Shown here: positions 1 through 8,880 of the stretch, piece after piece
Position numbering within the stretch: the first letter of the stretch is position 1
Layout of the letters: each line of letters opens with the position of its first letter
NCBI GenBank assembly: GCA_039809905.1
Contig: JBDHVY010000001.1
Span: 270,001 to 302,000 of the forward strand
Source: Candidatus Babelota bacterium
GTDB taxonomy: Bacteria; Babelota; Babeliae; Babelales; Vermiphilaceae
Reading direction: 5' to 3'
Length of the DNA: 32,000 bases
Made by a program: the position numbers and the translations under genes
The notes under the pieces: generated by a model
Told to the model about the DNA's origin: nothing
Seen by the model: the letters and a program-made list of their open reading frames with translations, nothing else
Databases searched by the model: none

Positions 1-1
1 G

Positions 2-526
2 AGCTTCACTATTAAGTCGTATCTAAAACACACACATAGAGATATTCGTAATCTGAACGATGTTGAAAAAAGACCTTTATACTATTTTATTGACATCAAC
101 AATACAAAAGAAATTTTACTTATAAAAAACAATTTGGATCACTATTATATTTATGGCGCCATATGTTTAACATATAATCAGCAAATAATTATGGACTTTA
201 CTTATTATGATCTTATTGATCAATTATGGGGATATTTTTTAAATATGATTGAAGAATTCTTAGAAAAGAAAAAATCAGAAATGTCTTTCCCTGACCAACC
301 TCTACCAATATCTATGCACAAATTATCTGATGAATACATTCTTTTTTCAGTAGGATTTGCTGAATGGACTCTACCAAAATATGAATTTTTTAATGCTCTG
401 CTCACAGGAGCTAAAGACTTTTTTGAAAAAATGATGTTATTAGTTGAGGAAAATAACAATTATCACATCTATGCTTTAAAAAAAATAAAAAACCTAGAAA
501 ACAAAATTTCGGATTTAAAAAGATAA
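2..526 (+). CDS. hypothetical protein, 5'-truncated by window edge
   Basis: The frame is open upstream of the listed TTG start at 134 to the window edge (..SFTIKSYLKHTHRDIRNLNDVEKRPLYYFIDINNTKEILLIKNNLDHYYIYG..). It ends with TAA at 524-526. Confidence 0.6.
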   Translation, partial: SFTIKSYLKHTHRDIRNLNDVEKRPLYYFIDINNTKEILLIKNNLDHYYIYGAICLTYNQQIIMDFTYYDLIDQLWGYFLNMIEEFLEKKKSEMSFPDQPLPISMHKLSDEYILFSVGFAEWTLPKYEFFNALLTGAKDFFEKMMLLVEENNNYHIYALKKIKNLENKISDLKR

Positions 527-600
527 TGTTCACTGTAAAATCCTATATCAAATATCCGAAAAAAATATTTATAACCTTAATTTAGAAATTTAATAAAATC

Positions 601-1044
601 ATGAAAAATATATTTAAACTTCCCGCATACGTTGGCATTATTCTCAAAAAAGAAAATCAGATTTTACTCGTACAACGTCATAACACTGATTGGGCCTCCG
701 GTTATTGGAATTTTCCCGGCGGATTGCTTGAAGAAAATGAAACATTAACAACTGCAGCTGCACGTGAAACCGCTGAAGAAATTGGAGTGAGTGTTAATCC
801 TACTGATTTTATTTTTTCTCATGTTTTACACATTCGTGCAAATAACAAGAATACACAGGATATCATCGGATTTTACTTCATCGCAGAACAATGGAATGGC
901 ACTATAGAAAATAAAGAGCCACATCGTCATAGCGATGTGGCTTGGTTTGACTTGAATAATTTACCAACAGATATTACGGAACATGCATTGCTGGCAATAG
1001 AAAGCATCAAAACTCATAAACAATATTTTGAAAATGGCTGGTAA
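601..1044 (+). CDS. Nudix (MutT-family) hydrolase
   Basis: Complete Nudix box GLLEENETLTTAAARETAEEIGV (Gx5Ex7REUxEExGU). Confidence 0.95.
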   Translation: MKNIFKLPAYVGIILKKENQILLVQRHNTDWASGYWNFPGGLLEENETLTTAAARETAEEIGVSVNPTDFIFSHVLHIRANNKNTQDIIGFYFIAEQWNGTIENKEPHRHSDVAWFDLNNLPTDITEHALLAIESIKTHKQYFENGW

Positions 1045-1521
1045 TTATAAACCGCTTTCTTCAATATCTCGTAATGCATCTTGCATGCCAACAAAACTTT
1101 TAACCTTAACCCATTTGCCTGGTTCTGTGCTTTTGTAATTTTCAAAAAAGTGTTTGATCATGTTTTTGGTAGCATCATCAAGATCTGCCAAATCATTGAT
1201 ATTGGCATAAAAAGGATCAACTTTTTTGGTTGGGACAGCAATAATTTTGTTATCAATTCCCGCTTCATCTTCCATTTCAAGCATGCCAATCACGCGTGAA
1301 GGAATAAATGAACCTGCTTGAACTGGATATGATGAAATAACCATTACATCAACCGGATCACCATCTTTTGCAAGCGTATTTGGAATATAACCATAATTAA
1401 ATGGATATGCCATAGCAGTATACATAAAGCGGTCTACCACCAGCATTCCTGTTTCTTTTTCTACCTCGTACTTAATCATCGAATTTTTAGGGATTTCAAT
1501 CAAAACATTGATTTGTTGCAT
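1045..1521 (-). CDS. ppa: inorganic pyrophosphatase (family I)
   Basis: Signature DGDPVDVMV, plus NYGYIPNTLAKDGDPVDV and the YKSTEPGKWVKVKSF tail region. Confidence 0.95.
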   Translation of the reverse strand: MQQINVLIEIPKNSMIKYEVEKETGMLVVDRFMYTAMAYPFNYGYIPNTLAKDGDPVDVMVISSYPVQAGSFIPSRVIGMLEMEDEAGIDNKIIAVPTKKVDPFYANINDLADLDDATKNMIKHFFENYKSTEPGKWVKVKSFVGMQDALRDIEESGL

Positions 1522-1613
1522 AAATTACCTTTGAAAACATAATTATATTTGAAACTTATAATAAGTTTACCAAAGAAAACAGCTTCTATCTATAGCATGA
1601 AAGTATAAGATCA

Positions 1614-2801
1614 TTATAGTTTTTTCATAAGCAACAAAATCATTGCTCCAAAACTGAGCATAGCCGCATACGTTAACCCTATAGTCGGCGATCCATAAGA
1701 CCATAAAAGACCTACTATAACGCTAGAAATCAAATCGCCAACCCCGTCAAGAGAATGCAATATGCCAAACCCTACTCCACGCATAGGTTCTGGTAGCATA
1801 AAAGATGCCTGTGCTTTTTCCAATACTTTCACGGTACCCGCGCTTAATCCAGCACATCCAAAGAAAAGTAACCAAAACCATAATGATGCAGTATTGACCA
1901 TAAAACCAAGTGCGGTAATACCAAAGCCACCAAAACCAAGCACTGCAAGTAATGTGGTACGATTACCATAATCGCTCAGCGTTCCAATACCAAACTCACT
2001 GATCGCTCGTATAATATTAAAAAATGCATAGAGCAGCACACCTTCTGCCGTGGCAACAATTGCTGATTGTTCATACCCAAGCAGCTCCTGTACACGATAA
2101 ATAAGCAATGCCTGATTAAAATTACCACAGCCAAACAAAAACATAATCGATAAAAAATAAATAAATTCTGAAGGAAGTTGTTTAATTGTTGAAAAAAATG
2201 TCACTTTCTCATCTTCATGATACTCACGTTTTTCTTCTGTTGTTATCAATAAAATAGAAAGTGCGGCACACAAACCAGGAATGAATGCTATAAAAAAAAT
2301 AGAGGGAAATGCATAATTCATTTTCAAAAGAACGAATGTTAGAATAGGGCCAATAAGCGCTCCCAAAGTATCCCATGCACGTTGCAATCCAAATGCTTTT
2401 CCATATGATGATGCAGACACAACACTTGCAAGCCATGTATCACGCATAGGTTCTCGCAAGCCTCTGCCAAACCATGCAACAATTTTATACAGAAGAATAG
2501 CAATTATTGATTGTGCTGTTCCAATTAAAGGAAGAAAAATGGCCACCAAACCATAGCCAATAATTAAAAATGGTTTATAGAAAGGAACCCTATCGGATAA
2601 CCATCCAGAAAATAATTTTGCAGCAGTTGAAACAGCATCGGAAAAACCTTGGATAAGGCCTAAAGCTAACGGTGCGTATGCTGCTCCGATTAATTGTGCA
2701 ACAAACATCGGCAAAATTGCGGTACTCATTTCATGGCACCAATCACCAAAAAAACTAGCTGAACAAAAACCAATAACATTTCTATTCAACCAGCTTTTCA
2801 T
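1614..2801 (-). CDS. MFS transporter
   Basis: 395 aa, about 12 hydrophobic segments, GWLSDRVPFYKPFLIIGYG motif typical of the MFS loop 2-3. Confidence 0.85.
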   Translation of the reverse strand: MKSWLNRNVIGFCSASFFGDWCHEMSTAILPMFVAQLIGAAYAPLALGLIQGFSDAVSTAAKLFSGWLSDRVPFYKPFLIIGYGLVAIFLPLIGTAQSIIAILLYKIVAWFGRGLREPMRDTWLASVVSASSYGKAFGLQRAWDTLGALIGPILTFVLLKMNYAFPSIFFIAFIPGLCAALSILLITTEEKREYHEDEKVTFFSTIKQLPSEFIYFLSIMFLFGCGNFNQALLIYRVQELLGYEQSAIVATAEGVLLYAFFNIIRAISEFGIGTLSDYGNRTTLLAVLGFGGFGITALGFMVNTASLWFWLLFFGCAGLSAGTVKVLEKAQASFMLPEPMRGVGFGILHSLDGVGDLISSVIVGLLWSYGSPTIGLTYAAMLSFGAMILLLMKKL

Positions 2802-2834
2802 ATATCTTTCCTTAATAATTTACTTCACTCTACT

Positions 2835-3137
2835 TTATTTTCTTTTTAAGTTGTTCATAGTTTGGTTATGGCGTGCTGTAGTATTATGGCTTGTTGCATT
2901 TAAACGTGCTCCAAAACTAGCATGAGGATTAATACTTACTGTTTTTGCTGACCCAGCTTTCTTAATGTCTTCTTTCATTTTTCGATCAATTTGTTCTTGT
3001 CTGCGTTTTTGCGCTTCAGCTTCTTGTCTTTGTCTTTCTTTTTGCGCTTGATCCCGTGCAGATTGTGCAGCAAATATATTATTTGAACTAGCTAATAATA
3101 ATATTACCAACGACAAACTTCTTTTTGTGATGCGCAT
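2835..3137 (-). CDS. small exported basic protein, unknown function
   Basis: N-terminal signal peptide (MRITKRSLSLVILLLASSNNIFA), followed by a Lys/Arg/Gln-rich helix. Confidence 0.6.
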   Translation of the reverse strand: MRITKRSLSLVILLLASSNNIFAAQSARDQAQKERQRQEAEAQKRRQEQIDRKMKEDIKKAGSAKTVSINPHASFGARLNATSHNTTARHNQTMNNLKRK

Positions 3138-3294
3138 GATTAGCTCCTTAGGTGGTAGTTATTTATGATAATACACACAAAATAATACTTGTTTTTATGC
3201 AGAAATTATAGATTTAAAAAAATAAAAAACTACACTTTTGAGTTTCTTCATTGTATAAAAATTAACATATACTTTTAACTTATCAAGGAGATTT

Positions 3295-3633
3295 ATGAAA
3301 AATACAATGAAGCTATGCCTTATTATAATATCATGCATATCTGCTACTACATATTGTGCTGAAAAACCACTGAATGCTGACAAAATTATTAGAAAAGCGC
3401 ATGCTACAGGCAAACCAATACCACAGGAAACAGTAAACAAAATAATGCAACAACAGCAGGATTTTCTAAAGCAACAATCATTCGATATGGCAAGAGTATC
3501 AATAAATAGTTATATTCACGCTCAACAGCCCATTCCTAAAAGAATTATTCGAATGGCAGATCAAGAAAGTGCTGCATTAGCAACCGCACATAACACAAAT
3601 CTTCTTCAACAAAAAATACAAGAACAAAAATAA
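3295..3633 (+). CDS. small exported protein, unknown function
   Basis: Signal peptide MKNTMKLCLIIISCISATTYCA; AAGGAG Shine-Dalgarno just upstream (atcaaggagattt-atg). Confidence 0.7.
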   Translation: MKNTMKLCLIIISCISATTYCAEKPLNADKIIRKAHATGKPIPQETVNKIMQQQQDFLKQQSFDMARVSINSYIHAQQPIPKRIIRMADQESAALATAHNTNLLQQKIQEQK

Positions 3634-3638
3634 AATTT

Positions 3639-3670
3639 AGCTCAAATGATAGTTGCCTATCACTTGAGCT
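3639..3670. repeat. inverted repeat agctcaaatgatag-ttgc-ctatcacttgagct (one mismatch)
   Basis: Direct reading. It lies just after the stop codon of the 3295..3633 gene and may act as a terminator or mRNA-stabilising hairpin. Confidence 0.5.
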
Positions 3671-3736
3671 TAGACAAAGCTGTGTTTTTTACTTTAGAGT
3701 TCCGAAGATTATCTAAAGTTTTTAATTTTTATCCCC

Positions 3737-3812
3737 GCGCTCACCCTGAACTTGTTGAAGGGTTTCTTTGAGCGCTCGTAAAGAAACCCTTCAACAAGTT
3801 CAGGGCGAGCGC
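3737..3812. repeat. REP-like long palindrome (gcgctcaccctgaacttgttgaagggtttcttt ... aaagaaacccttcaacaagttcagggcgagcgc)
   Basis: Two near-perfect complementary arms of about 33 nt read directly. The GC content is high compared with the surroundings. Confidence 0.85.
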
Positions 3813-4040
3813 AGCGAGAAATGAACGCAGTGTTTACTGATAACCTTGTCGATGCATTAGGGCGAGCACATGGAATAAAAATTAAAAAAAATGAAATTTC
3901 TTGAGTTTTCGGATAATCTCTTAGCTAAAAAAATAGCTATATTTTAAAAAAAACTCATCTGATGGGGGCATTTGTTTCTTGGGGACAAAAATGAGATAAT
4001 AGTAAAGATACTTAAATATCACATATATAAGGCTATTTTT

Positions 4041-4631
4041 ATGAAAAAAATATTTCTCATTGTCTTTGCACTATTCTTTCAGCTTGGCGCGAATTCTCTA
4101 CAGCCTATCCAGCCATCTCCATCAGAGACTCCTCCCTCTGTTCCGTATTATTTAACTCCCGCTTATATAGAAGAAGAATCAAAAAAGCCTAATTTTTACA
4201 TTCGGCATGGAGAGGATTCTAACTGGTTCTATGGGAAAATTCATAATTTTTACGATGAAAAAATTTTCTTTGATAGAGATATATCAGGAAAACCCATTTA
4301 TAAAAAAATATCCGAACATGCCGCTGATAATCCTAAATTTGGCAAAGTTCTTTTGGTTCTTTATTACCACAAAAAAAAATATAAGAATCAATTTGTGATT
4401 ATGGGAACTTACTCAAATCAAGGTGCTCTTAAAAAATTCTTACGAAAAATGCAAACATTGTTCGGTTATTCACGCGGTGCAGCAACGTGGTGCCCGAAAC
4501 AAAATGCCCTTATTTTTCGCGCAATTGATATTAAAGTTGATTCAACAGGACATAGCGCTGATATTTCATTTGATTCACAAATAGGCAAAAAGTTTGAACA
4601 ATGGCTCGCGTCAAAAAAGACAAATAATTAA
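4041..4631 (+). CDS. exported protein, unknown function
   Basis: The ATG at 4041 gives a signal peptide (MKKIFLIVFALFFQLGANS). The longer ORF from 3972 adds 23 aa before it. 196 aa. Confidence 0.75.
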   Translation: MKKIFLIVFALFFQLGANSLQPIQPSPSETPPSVPYYLTPAYIEEESKKPNFYIRHGEDSNWFYGKIHNFYDEKIFFDRDISGKPIYKKISEHAADNPKFGKVLLVLYYHKKKYKNQFVIMGTYSNQGALKKFLRKMQTLFGYSRGAATWCPKQNALIFRAIDIKVDSTGHSADISFDSQIGKKFEQWLASKKTNN

Positions 4632-4654
4632 GAGCTAATTATTTGTCTTTTTTT
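4619..4654 (+). terminator. rho-independent terminator overlapping the stop codon
   Basis: Perfect 12-bp stem gacaaataatta-agagc-taattatttgtc followed by TTTTTTT. Confidence 0.75.
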
Positions 4655-4699
4655 ATTTTTCTATGGCAAACGTCTTGCATATATCCTCTGGTAAATCAT

Positions 4700-5887
4700 T
4701 TAAAATAAATTCACGATTCGGTCTTTTACTGCATTCCAATAATTTAAAGCTTTAGTTTGTAATTCATTTAAAAAAGAGCTCCTTTGTAGAAGCTCTTTTT
4801 TTTCTATCAAAAAATAATTGGTAGTTCCATATAATCCCATTGTTATATCATCTTTAATAATATACACGGGAATGCGTTGCAATAATGGTCGCTTACTTTC
4901 TACACAGCTAAAATATGCAGGTAAGAAAATAGAAGAGAGCATTTCTGGATGCTCAGTTGCTGTTTCTCCAACTAAATAAATACCACCAAATGGCAATGTA
5001 TTCCATACAAAATTGTATACAAAGCGTGCATAAAAGGTATAAAACAATTCGGCTGCTTTTGCACAACATGCATCATCTTGCGCATTGGCCAAAATATTCA
5101 TAGCATCTGAGTAGTTTTTATCTGATGAACAACCTTTATAGTTCATATCTTGTAAAATGCGGTATAAACATTCAATTCCTGGTTGTGCTACAAAAAATGC
5201 CCAATGAATCGTTTTAAAATTACGCATTTCTCTCATGCGCAATGATAACTCTAATTCAAAAGCATCAAGCGCGGGAAAATCTCCCGTGCCCGCTTCTGCC
5301 GGAAAACTAATATAGGTCTTCTGCTCATCATTCCAAATCATGGAAACAGTACCCAATCCTGCACCAGCACCAATGATAACTCTTTTACCATTTTTCTCTG
5401 CTGAGGCATCATAGAGAGTGGTAATTTTGTTATCATCTACAAAATTCACTCCGTAACTCAGTGCTAAAAAATCATTTACTATGATTGCTGATATGAGATC
5501 ATCATTTTGTGCAATAATTTCTTTTGCATTAATCACGTATGGTAATCGCCAATGCTGCAAGTAATCTTGGTCAGCAGAAGGAACTCCGGGACCAGCAAAA
5601 CACGCATATTGTATGGTCATACCATAAATTTCATTCACATATGATAAAAATGTCTTGATTGCATCACTAAACGTTTGAATATCTTCATTTTTAATATGCG
5701 TTGAAAGAAGCAATTGCGGCTTATTGTCTTCAATAGAAAAAACTCCGCAATCTACTCCTTTATCACCACTTATAGTGGATAAGATGAGGTTATGCTTATC
5801 TGCCACACTCATATGCTCTTGGATTGTATACTTTTCAATTGCACTTAAACTGCTTGCACTGAGCAATAAAAATAAAACATATTTCAT
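4700..5887 (-). CDS. glucokinase (Glk)-like protein with N-terminal signal peptide
   Basis: GAGAGLGTVSMIW, PAEAGTGDFPALDAFELEL (equivalent of the SEGGH..F.P motif) and AGPGVPSADQDYLQHWRLPY are typical of glucokinases. The N-terminus MKYVLFLLLSASSLSA is signal-like. Confidence 0.7.
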   Translation of the reverse strand: MKYVLFLLLSASSLSAIEKYTIQEHMSVADKHNLILSTISGDKGVDCGVFSIEDNKPQLLLSTHIKNEDIQTFSDAIKTFLSYVNEIYGMTIQYACFAGPGVPSADQDYLQHWRLPYVINAKEIIAQNDDLISAIIVNDFLALSYGVNFVDDNKITTLYDASAEKNGKRVIIGAGAGLGTVSMIWNDEQKTYISFPAEAGTGDFPALDAFELELSLRMREMRNFKTIHWAFFVAQPGIECLYRILQDMNYKGCSSDKNYSDAMNILANAQDDACCAKAAELFYTFYARFVYNFVWNTLPFGGIYLVGETATEHPEMLSSIFLPAYFSCVESKRPLLQRIPVYIIKDDITMGLYGTTNYFLIEKKELLQRSSFLNELQTKALNYWNAVKDRIVNLF

Positions 5888-5952
5888 TAAGATGTCCTTA
5901 CCGTTTATAGCAGTTTACGGTTAATCAGAATTAATCTTTAGATCGTATCATT

Positions 5953-6744
5953 CTATACCAAATCAAGCAACCGCTTCATTGTGCGTTTGGCATACAACCA
6001 ACCAATAAAGGTAAAGCAACATAAAGCAATACAACACCAATGCCACGGCAAGCAATCACCTTGCCCCAGAAGCGCTGCACGAATACCTTCCATCACGTAC
6101 AAAACAGGATTGCATAAGAATGCATACGCAAGCGGCTGTGATAATTTATAAATTGAAGCCCATGAAAATTGAAAACCACCCATAAACCAGAGTGGAAAAA
6201 TAAAACGTGTCCACACATTTTCCATTTTGGATAATGCTCCAACATGCGCAGTAACAGCAAGCGTAAATACGCCAAAGAATATATTTGATAAAATCAATAT
6301 GATAACAAATTTAAGCCATGATATTTCTGCAAGGCTAAAATCGTTCCAAAACAATAGTTTGCCAAACGGTATCAACCCAAAACTTAAAATAATACCTATA
6401 AGTGAGTATGAAAATATAAGACTCCACAATAAAACCGTAGGACTCAATGGCAATGTTAAAAGATAATTGAGATGATTATCTCCTTCAATATCTGAGATAA
6501 AGCGAAAAGAATTACCATATATTTCAAAGAGACCCACCGTTGCTATCACTGTTGCCAACTGAAAACACCCATAACTTTGCGTAAGGCCATATTCCTGCAT
6601 AATATAACCCATGACCATCAATGAGCAAAAAGCCCAAATATATAAATTAATTGTTTTATCAACTAATTATTGTCGTGCAATATAAAAATGAGTTTTGGTG
6701 AGTTTACATAAAATATCAGAAAATCGAAATAAACCATTATTCAT
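5953..6744 (-). pseudogene. ABC-2 type permease, full-length frame interrupted by one in-frame TAA (6667-6669); downstream ORF 5953..6621 remains open
   Basis: From the ATG at 6744 the frame reads MNNGLFRFSDILCKLTKTHFYIARQ*LVDKTINLYIWAFCSLMVMGYIM.., which aligns without gaps to the paralog at 7526..8317. Both are exactly 792 nt. Confidence 0.75.
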
Positions 6745-6753
6745 ATATATTCC

Positions 6754-7500
6754 CTATTCATCGCCAGATGCATTATTATCCATCAATGCAATAAATACAT
6801 CTTCTAAATTTCCCATATTAAAATCTGCTTTTAATTTATCAGGCGTTTCAATTAATTTAATCAATCCACCATCAAGCACACACACACGATCAGAAAGTTG
6901 TTCGGCTTCATCAAGATAATGCGTTGTTAAAATAACGGTTACACCAAGTGCCTTTAAATCCTTAATTTGTTGCCATAATTGACGCCTAATATGAGGATCA
7001 AGACCAACTGTTGGTTCATCCAAAATAACCAGTTGTGGATTATGCATTAATGCTCGCGCAATCATAAAACGCTGTTTATAACCACCAGAAAGAACTGAAG
7101 CCTTTTGATGTAAATACTGAGCCAAATCAAATTGAGTAACCAATTGCTCAAGACGTGTATTGATCTGTTCTTGTGTCATCCCATAATAACTACCAGAAAA
7201 ACGTAAGTTTTGTTCGAGAGTCAGTTCTGGATTTAAATTTGGCCGCTGAGGACAAAAACCAATATGATAGCGATATGTTGCGATATCGGAGTAAATTGAT
7301 GCACCTTCAAATTCAATATCACCTTCTGTTGGCGGATGAAGCGTTGCAATAATTGATGATAATGTCGTTTTCCCCGCACCATTAACACCTAAAAGTCCTA
7401 AAATTTCGCCTTTATAAATATCAAGAGAAACACCTTTGAGCGCTTCTTTTGAGTCATATTTTTTTTTGATATTTTTTATCTTTAATAAAACATCATTCAT
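6754..7500 (-). CDS. ABC transporter ATP-binding protein (CcmA/DrrA type)
   Basis: Walker A GVNGAGKTT, signature LSGGYKQR, Walker B LVILDEPTVGLDP, and the H-loop TTHYLDEAEQL. Confidence 0.95.
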   Translation of the reverse strand: MNDVLLKIKNIKKKYDSKEALKGVSLDIYKGEILGLLGVNGAGKTTLSSIIATLHPPTEGDIEFEGASIYSDIATYRYHIGFCPQRPNLNPELTLEQNLRFSGSYYGMTQEQINTRLEQLVTQFDLAQYLHQKASVLSGGYKQRFMIARALMHNPQLVILDEPTVGLDPHIRRQLWQQIKDLKALGVTVILTTHYLDEAEQLSDRVCVLDGGLIKLIETPDKLKADFNMGNLEDVFIALMDNNASGDE

Positions 7501-7525
7501 GTAATTTTTCCTTTATGATTAATTT

Positions 7526-8317
7526 TTATACAAAATCGAGTAAGCGTTTCATTTTATAGTACGCATAAGACCAACAAATCATGATGTAACAACAAAGAGC
7601 TGCGCAGCAAAACTCCCATGGTAAAAATGCCGATGTACCTAATAATGCTCCTCGCATTCCTTCAGCAACAAAGGTAATAGGATTACACAAAGTCAAATAC
7701 GCAGCAGGAGCTGATACTACATACAAAGCTTTCCATGAAAATTGGTAACATCCCAAAAACCATAATGGCCAAATAAAACGCATCCAAATATTTCTCATTT
7801 TTGAGATTTTTCCAACATGCGCTATCATCGCAATGGTGAACAGAGAGAAGAAGGTATTTGCCAAAAGCGCTATGATAATAAACTTAATCCATGATATTGC
7901 AGCAATATCAAAGCGATTATAAAGAACTAATGAACCAAATGGTAATAATACAGCAGTCAAAAATAAGCTCACGAGACCATAAGAACACGCCATACTCAAT
8001 AACACTGTTGCCGGTTTTGCAGGAAGCGTAAGATAATATGAAATATTACGATCTCCACCAATATCCATAATGGTCTTTGTTGCTGAATTATAGACTTCAA
8101 AAAGACCTACAACCGCAACAATTGATGCAAACTGAAATACGCCATAGCCACTAGCCAAACCAAAGTTCTGCATGATATATCCCATAATAACGAGCGTTAT
8201 ACTGGTCCATATATATAAATTAATGATCTGATCCCACAAACCCTTGCGCGCGATCAATAACTGAGTACTCACCAATTTACAAAAAATATCAAAATATCGA
8301 ACACATCCTATGCCCAT
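7526..8317 (-). CDS. ABC-2 type permease
   Basis: 263 aa with about 6 hydrophobic segments. It ends 25 nt upstream of the ATPase gene and is paralogous to 5953..6744. Confidence 0.85.
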   Translation of the reverse strand: MGIGCVRYFDIFCKLVSTQLLIARKGLWDQIINLYIWTSITLVIMGYIMQNFGLASGYGVFQFASIVAVVGLFEVYNSATKTIMDIGGDRNISYYLTLPAKPATVLLSMACSYGLVSLFLTAVLLPFGSLVLYNRFDIAAISWIKFIIIALLANTFFSLFTIAMIAHVGKISKMRNIWMRFIWPLWFLGCYQFSWKALYVVSAPAAYLTLCNPITFVAEGMRGALLGTSAFLPWEFCCAALCCYIMICWSYAYYKMKRLLDFV

Positions 8318-8675
8318 ATTTTTATCCTTATATGTTTGTTGAAAACATGATTAAAAAAATGTCTATTCAATAGCTGATTCATCGCCAAAAAAACTAAAAA
8401 AAGTATAAAAAAGAAATCTGCTTGTAGTGTACAAGCGGAATACAGACCCTCTGTGGTAAAAAGCTTTACCAATGAGGCTTTATAAATGAGTAATTAACCT
8501 AAAAAAGTGATTTCCATAATAGTGGCTCCTTCAACAGGAATATATTTGATCTTATATATTATGATAGCAAACAAAAGAACCTCGTCAAGCACATTATGAG
8601 AAAATTTATTATGATTTTAATCATTTTTGTATTACCATAAAAACAATATTTTATCCTTCAAATAGAAGATACCTG

Positions 8676-8879
8676 ATGAAAAAAAAATACCATTGCTGTT
8701 TTTGCAGCACAGAAATTATATCTAACACCGTTGATGTAACCGGTCTTATTGTGATCACCAACTTTGATAAAAGTGAGAAAAAACAAGAAGTACAACAACT
8801 ATTTTGCCATATTTATTGTTTAAAAGATAAGCTGCCATTAACCATTGATTTATACGGACTCAATCCAGAGAAAAATTAA
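8676..8879 (+). CDS. small Cys-containing protein, possible zinc-binding
   Basis: 67 aa with CCFC near the N-terminus and CHIYCLKDKLP near the C-terminus. It ends 1 nt before the ATG of the next gene. Confidence 0.6.
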   Translation: MKKKYHCCFCSTEIISNTVDVTGLIVITNFDKSEKKQEVQQLFCHIYCLKDKLPLTIDLYGLNPEKN

Positions 8880-8880
8880 T

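Noticed and set aside
134-526. TTG at 134 as true start of first gene
   Set aside because: The frame continues open to the window edge with protein-like composition, so the gene is more likely truncated.
2-526. Possible third member of the B (immunity-like) family
   Set aside because: Similar size and an acidic/aromatic C-terminal half, but I could not align it convincingly with B1 or B2.
3195-3440. ORF 3195..3440 (-)
   Set aside because: It overlaps the signal-peptide start of the 3295..3633 gene. Its hydrophobicity reflects the complement of AT-rich sequence.
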